Assembly (NCBI GenBank): GCA_053919585.1
Contig: CM132790.1
Strand: one strand, 5' to 3'
DNA length: 64,000 nt
DNA from: Euprymna scolopes
Taxonomy: Eukaryota
Position numbers and translations under genes: made by a program. How positions within the stretch are numbered: position 1 is the first letter of the stretch; every line of letters begins with the position of its first letter. Of this stretch, positions 61,578 through 64,000 are shown one piece after another. The notes under the pieces were generated by a model. That model was not told the origin of the DNA. It made no database searches and saw only the letters and a list, made by a program, of their open reading frames with translations.

Positions 61578-61964
61578 TATATACGTAAGTTTTACAGCGT
61601 GAGGGTGTGAATGAACGTGCACACACGTTAGCTAATAGATTATTAACCGACAACATAGTTGCGCCCCTTTAACCGCTGATCAAGTTGTCTCACTGTAATA
61701 GTAAAAGTAAAAACTGAACACCGTTTTAGTAAGACAGCAGAAAATCAATTAGAAAAAGCAAACAAGGATTAGGTATAAATACAAAATATTTAGATAAAAA
61801 AAATTAGATATAAATACATAAATACAAAAATCAATAAAGAAGATTTTACATTCCAAAAAATACATGATATTTTGCACAAATACAAACCTTATATTAATCA
61901 GTTTAAATAAGTTCTGCATTTGAAATAAATAAAATGATTTCCAATTCCAGCTGAATTGTCTTAC

Positions 61965-62024
61965 CTTACAATAGACACAGCATGCACCCCTGAAAGTCGA
62001 ACACAGGTCTGTCGAAAGGTAGGA
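61965..62024 (-). other. Candidate 60-nt exon of an unidentified host gene
   Basis: Minus strand TTTATTTCAG | 60 nt, GC-richer | GTAAGA with AAG before the donor; two of three frames are open. Confidence 0.3.
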
Positions 62025-62103
62025 CTGAAATAAACATAAATACTCCACCTGACACCTGACCACCTCGCGCTAGTAAGAGCACAACACATGTAATCATAAA
62101 AAG

Positions 62104-62142
<39 letters not shown>

Positions 62143-62246
62143 CAAATAGTTAATAAAACATGTTCAAAAACACTTTGAAAAAGAGTTAAAAACATATTTA
62201 ATTTTTAAAAGGAAACACTAAAAAAGTGGATAGTCCTTAATCCGCG

Positions 62247-62324
<78 letters not shown>

Positions 62325-63311
62325 TCATATATTGGTTCAATACAGGTGAAAATACAAGATTATCATGCCATCATATCTTAATTTCCTGAAGTTTGTGTCT
62401 GTTGCACCTGTACAATTTATTGCCTTCTGTAAACTTAGATCGCCTTTTTATTATTTATTTTTATTCATTCATGTATATATTAGCCAATTTTATTTTCTAT
62501 TTATTTTATCATTTTTGTTTATTTATTCGAGACTGTATCTAGTTATCTATTCATATAGTTTACTGCTTGTTTTTTTTTTCGGCAAGAGCGCGTCTTAATA
62601 CTAACAAAATGAAAATTCGGCAATACGCATTTTAAAATCTGTGTCTTACACGTCTATAAAATGTCTCATATTAAATCACAAATTAAAAAATAATGAAAAT
62701 TTAAACGTTTTCATAAAGTAAAGTCTCGATTAATTTTGCATTCATTTAATATTGATAACAGTTTATATTCCTTGATAAATTGTCTGCGTAAATCTGGTGA
62801 ATAACATGATATTAGTTTCTTCGAATATTCTTGGGGCTTTTTATGATAAACGAATAATATAGATGAAAACTTTACGTCAGTAAATGATTGATGATAAATA
62901 AACATTTCAGTAATTATTTATAACATATATTTATAATCTTTGACAAAATTTGCTGCCACATATTTTATAATCTGCTGATTACGTTTTTATTATGGTCTTG
63001 TTTGTTGGCAATGTTAAATTCTCATTAACGATTATGTTAATTTGGTGTGGTACACCGGGAAATTTAGTAAGATGCATATTATGAACAGTGTTTTTATGTT
63101 TATTCTGAATTCCTACCGTATTGCTTTTAGTTTTCATGTAACAAAACGGTAAAGGCGAGTAGTTCTTTTAGCCTATAAATAAATGGTATTCATTTGTATG
63201 TATCATTAAATAAATTACCGTAATAAAATTTACATTTCTCGACATACAAAGTTCTATATGTGACTATGTATTTCGATGTACAGGATTCACTTCTGAACTA
63301 ATGGTCATATA

Positions 63312-63700
63312 CAGGGTGGTCGCTAGAAAAGCGGGAAATTTGAGATTGCAAATTTTATTCTGTTCAAATTTTATTGCGTCTGATATATTTGCTTCTTCAA
63401 TCTTGATTCTTAAAATTATGGATGGCGACAGACTTTTAAAGGCATAGGATTATTCTTTTCAAAAATGAAAATCTGATTTAGTGACAGACAAAATATCTAG
63501 CTATTTTATCAGTTTTTTTAACGATTACACAGCATCAGTTTGATAATATTGTAACAAACTTGAAAAAAAAATGTCTTGAAGGAGTTATTACTTGTCAAAA
63601 AGGAACGAGTTAAAAACACAAAAAGAAAAACCAATTCTTCGCTTTTGTAAAAATATATTACCATTTCACAAAATTTCCCGCTTTTCTAGCGACCATCCTG
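63312..63700. mobile_element. Tc1/mariner-type MITE, 389 bp, 30-bp TIRs, TA TSD
   Basis: TA-CAGGGTGGTCGCTAGAAAAGCGGGAAATTT...AAATTTCCCGCTTTTCTAGCGACCATCCTG-TA (1 mismatch). Confidence 0.92.
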
Positions 63701-64000
63701 TATTTATGATGGAGTATAGTCGAGTAATGTTGAAAATCTATTTTTATAAATTCTTTGTGTCGTTTGTGACAGTTCGAGTAGATGTGAACGTGAGAGTAAA
63801 AGTTCCTTTGTGTCCCCCGTAGACGAGAGTGTAAGGATAAATTATTGAGCCGAGAAAATATACAAAAAAGTGTAAAGCAAACAAAAGCAATGAGTATTTT
63901 CCGAAATGCACATGAGGATTAGCCCATGTTTTTACCAAACATATCATCATATGCAGTTTAGATTCGAGAGCTTAGATCGGAAATCAAATATATAAAAAAA

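Overview
This is an AT-rich (visually about 30% GC), gapped eukaryotic scaffold with seven N-runs and many (TA)n tracts, most consistent with a repeat-rich invertebrate animal; I cannot name the species. No intact host protein-coding gene is recognisable, and the window is essentially decayed transposable elements. Retroelements: an R4/Dong-type LINE fragment, two CR1-group LINE families (two near full-length copies that seem to lack ORF1, plus a nested stack), an RTE 3' fragment, two Penelope-like elements (RT + GIY-YIG) and a SINE-like insertion with a 12-bp TSD. DNA elements: two TIR-bounded Tc1 copies, mariner and maT remnants, several MITEs and Helitron/Helentron-like pieces. The most interesting signals are RNA-level. 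(1) An 81-bp-arm palindrome at 5912-6079 carries a complete type I hammerhead ribozyme on each strand, and decayed hammerheads occur elsewhere. (2) A recurring U2 snRNA 5'-end module has its branch-point-recognition sequence folded into an antisense hairpin; two copies sit inside a HINE/DINE-1-like element. (3) There are three 5S rRNA-derived heads. (4) The ORF1-less LINEs share a conserved, structured 5' leader. (5) A 51-bp tandem array abuts a Penelope-like element whose GIY-YIG domain has a long in-frame insertion. All alignments and folds were done by eye and no searches were run.
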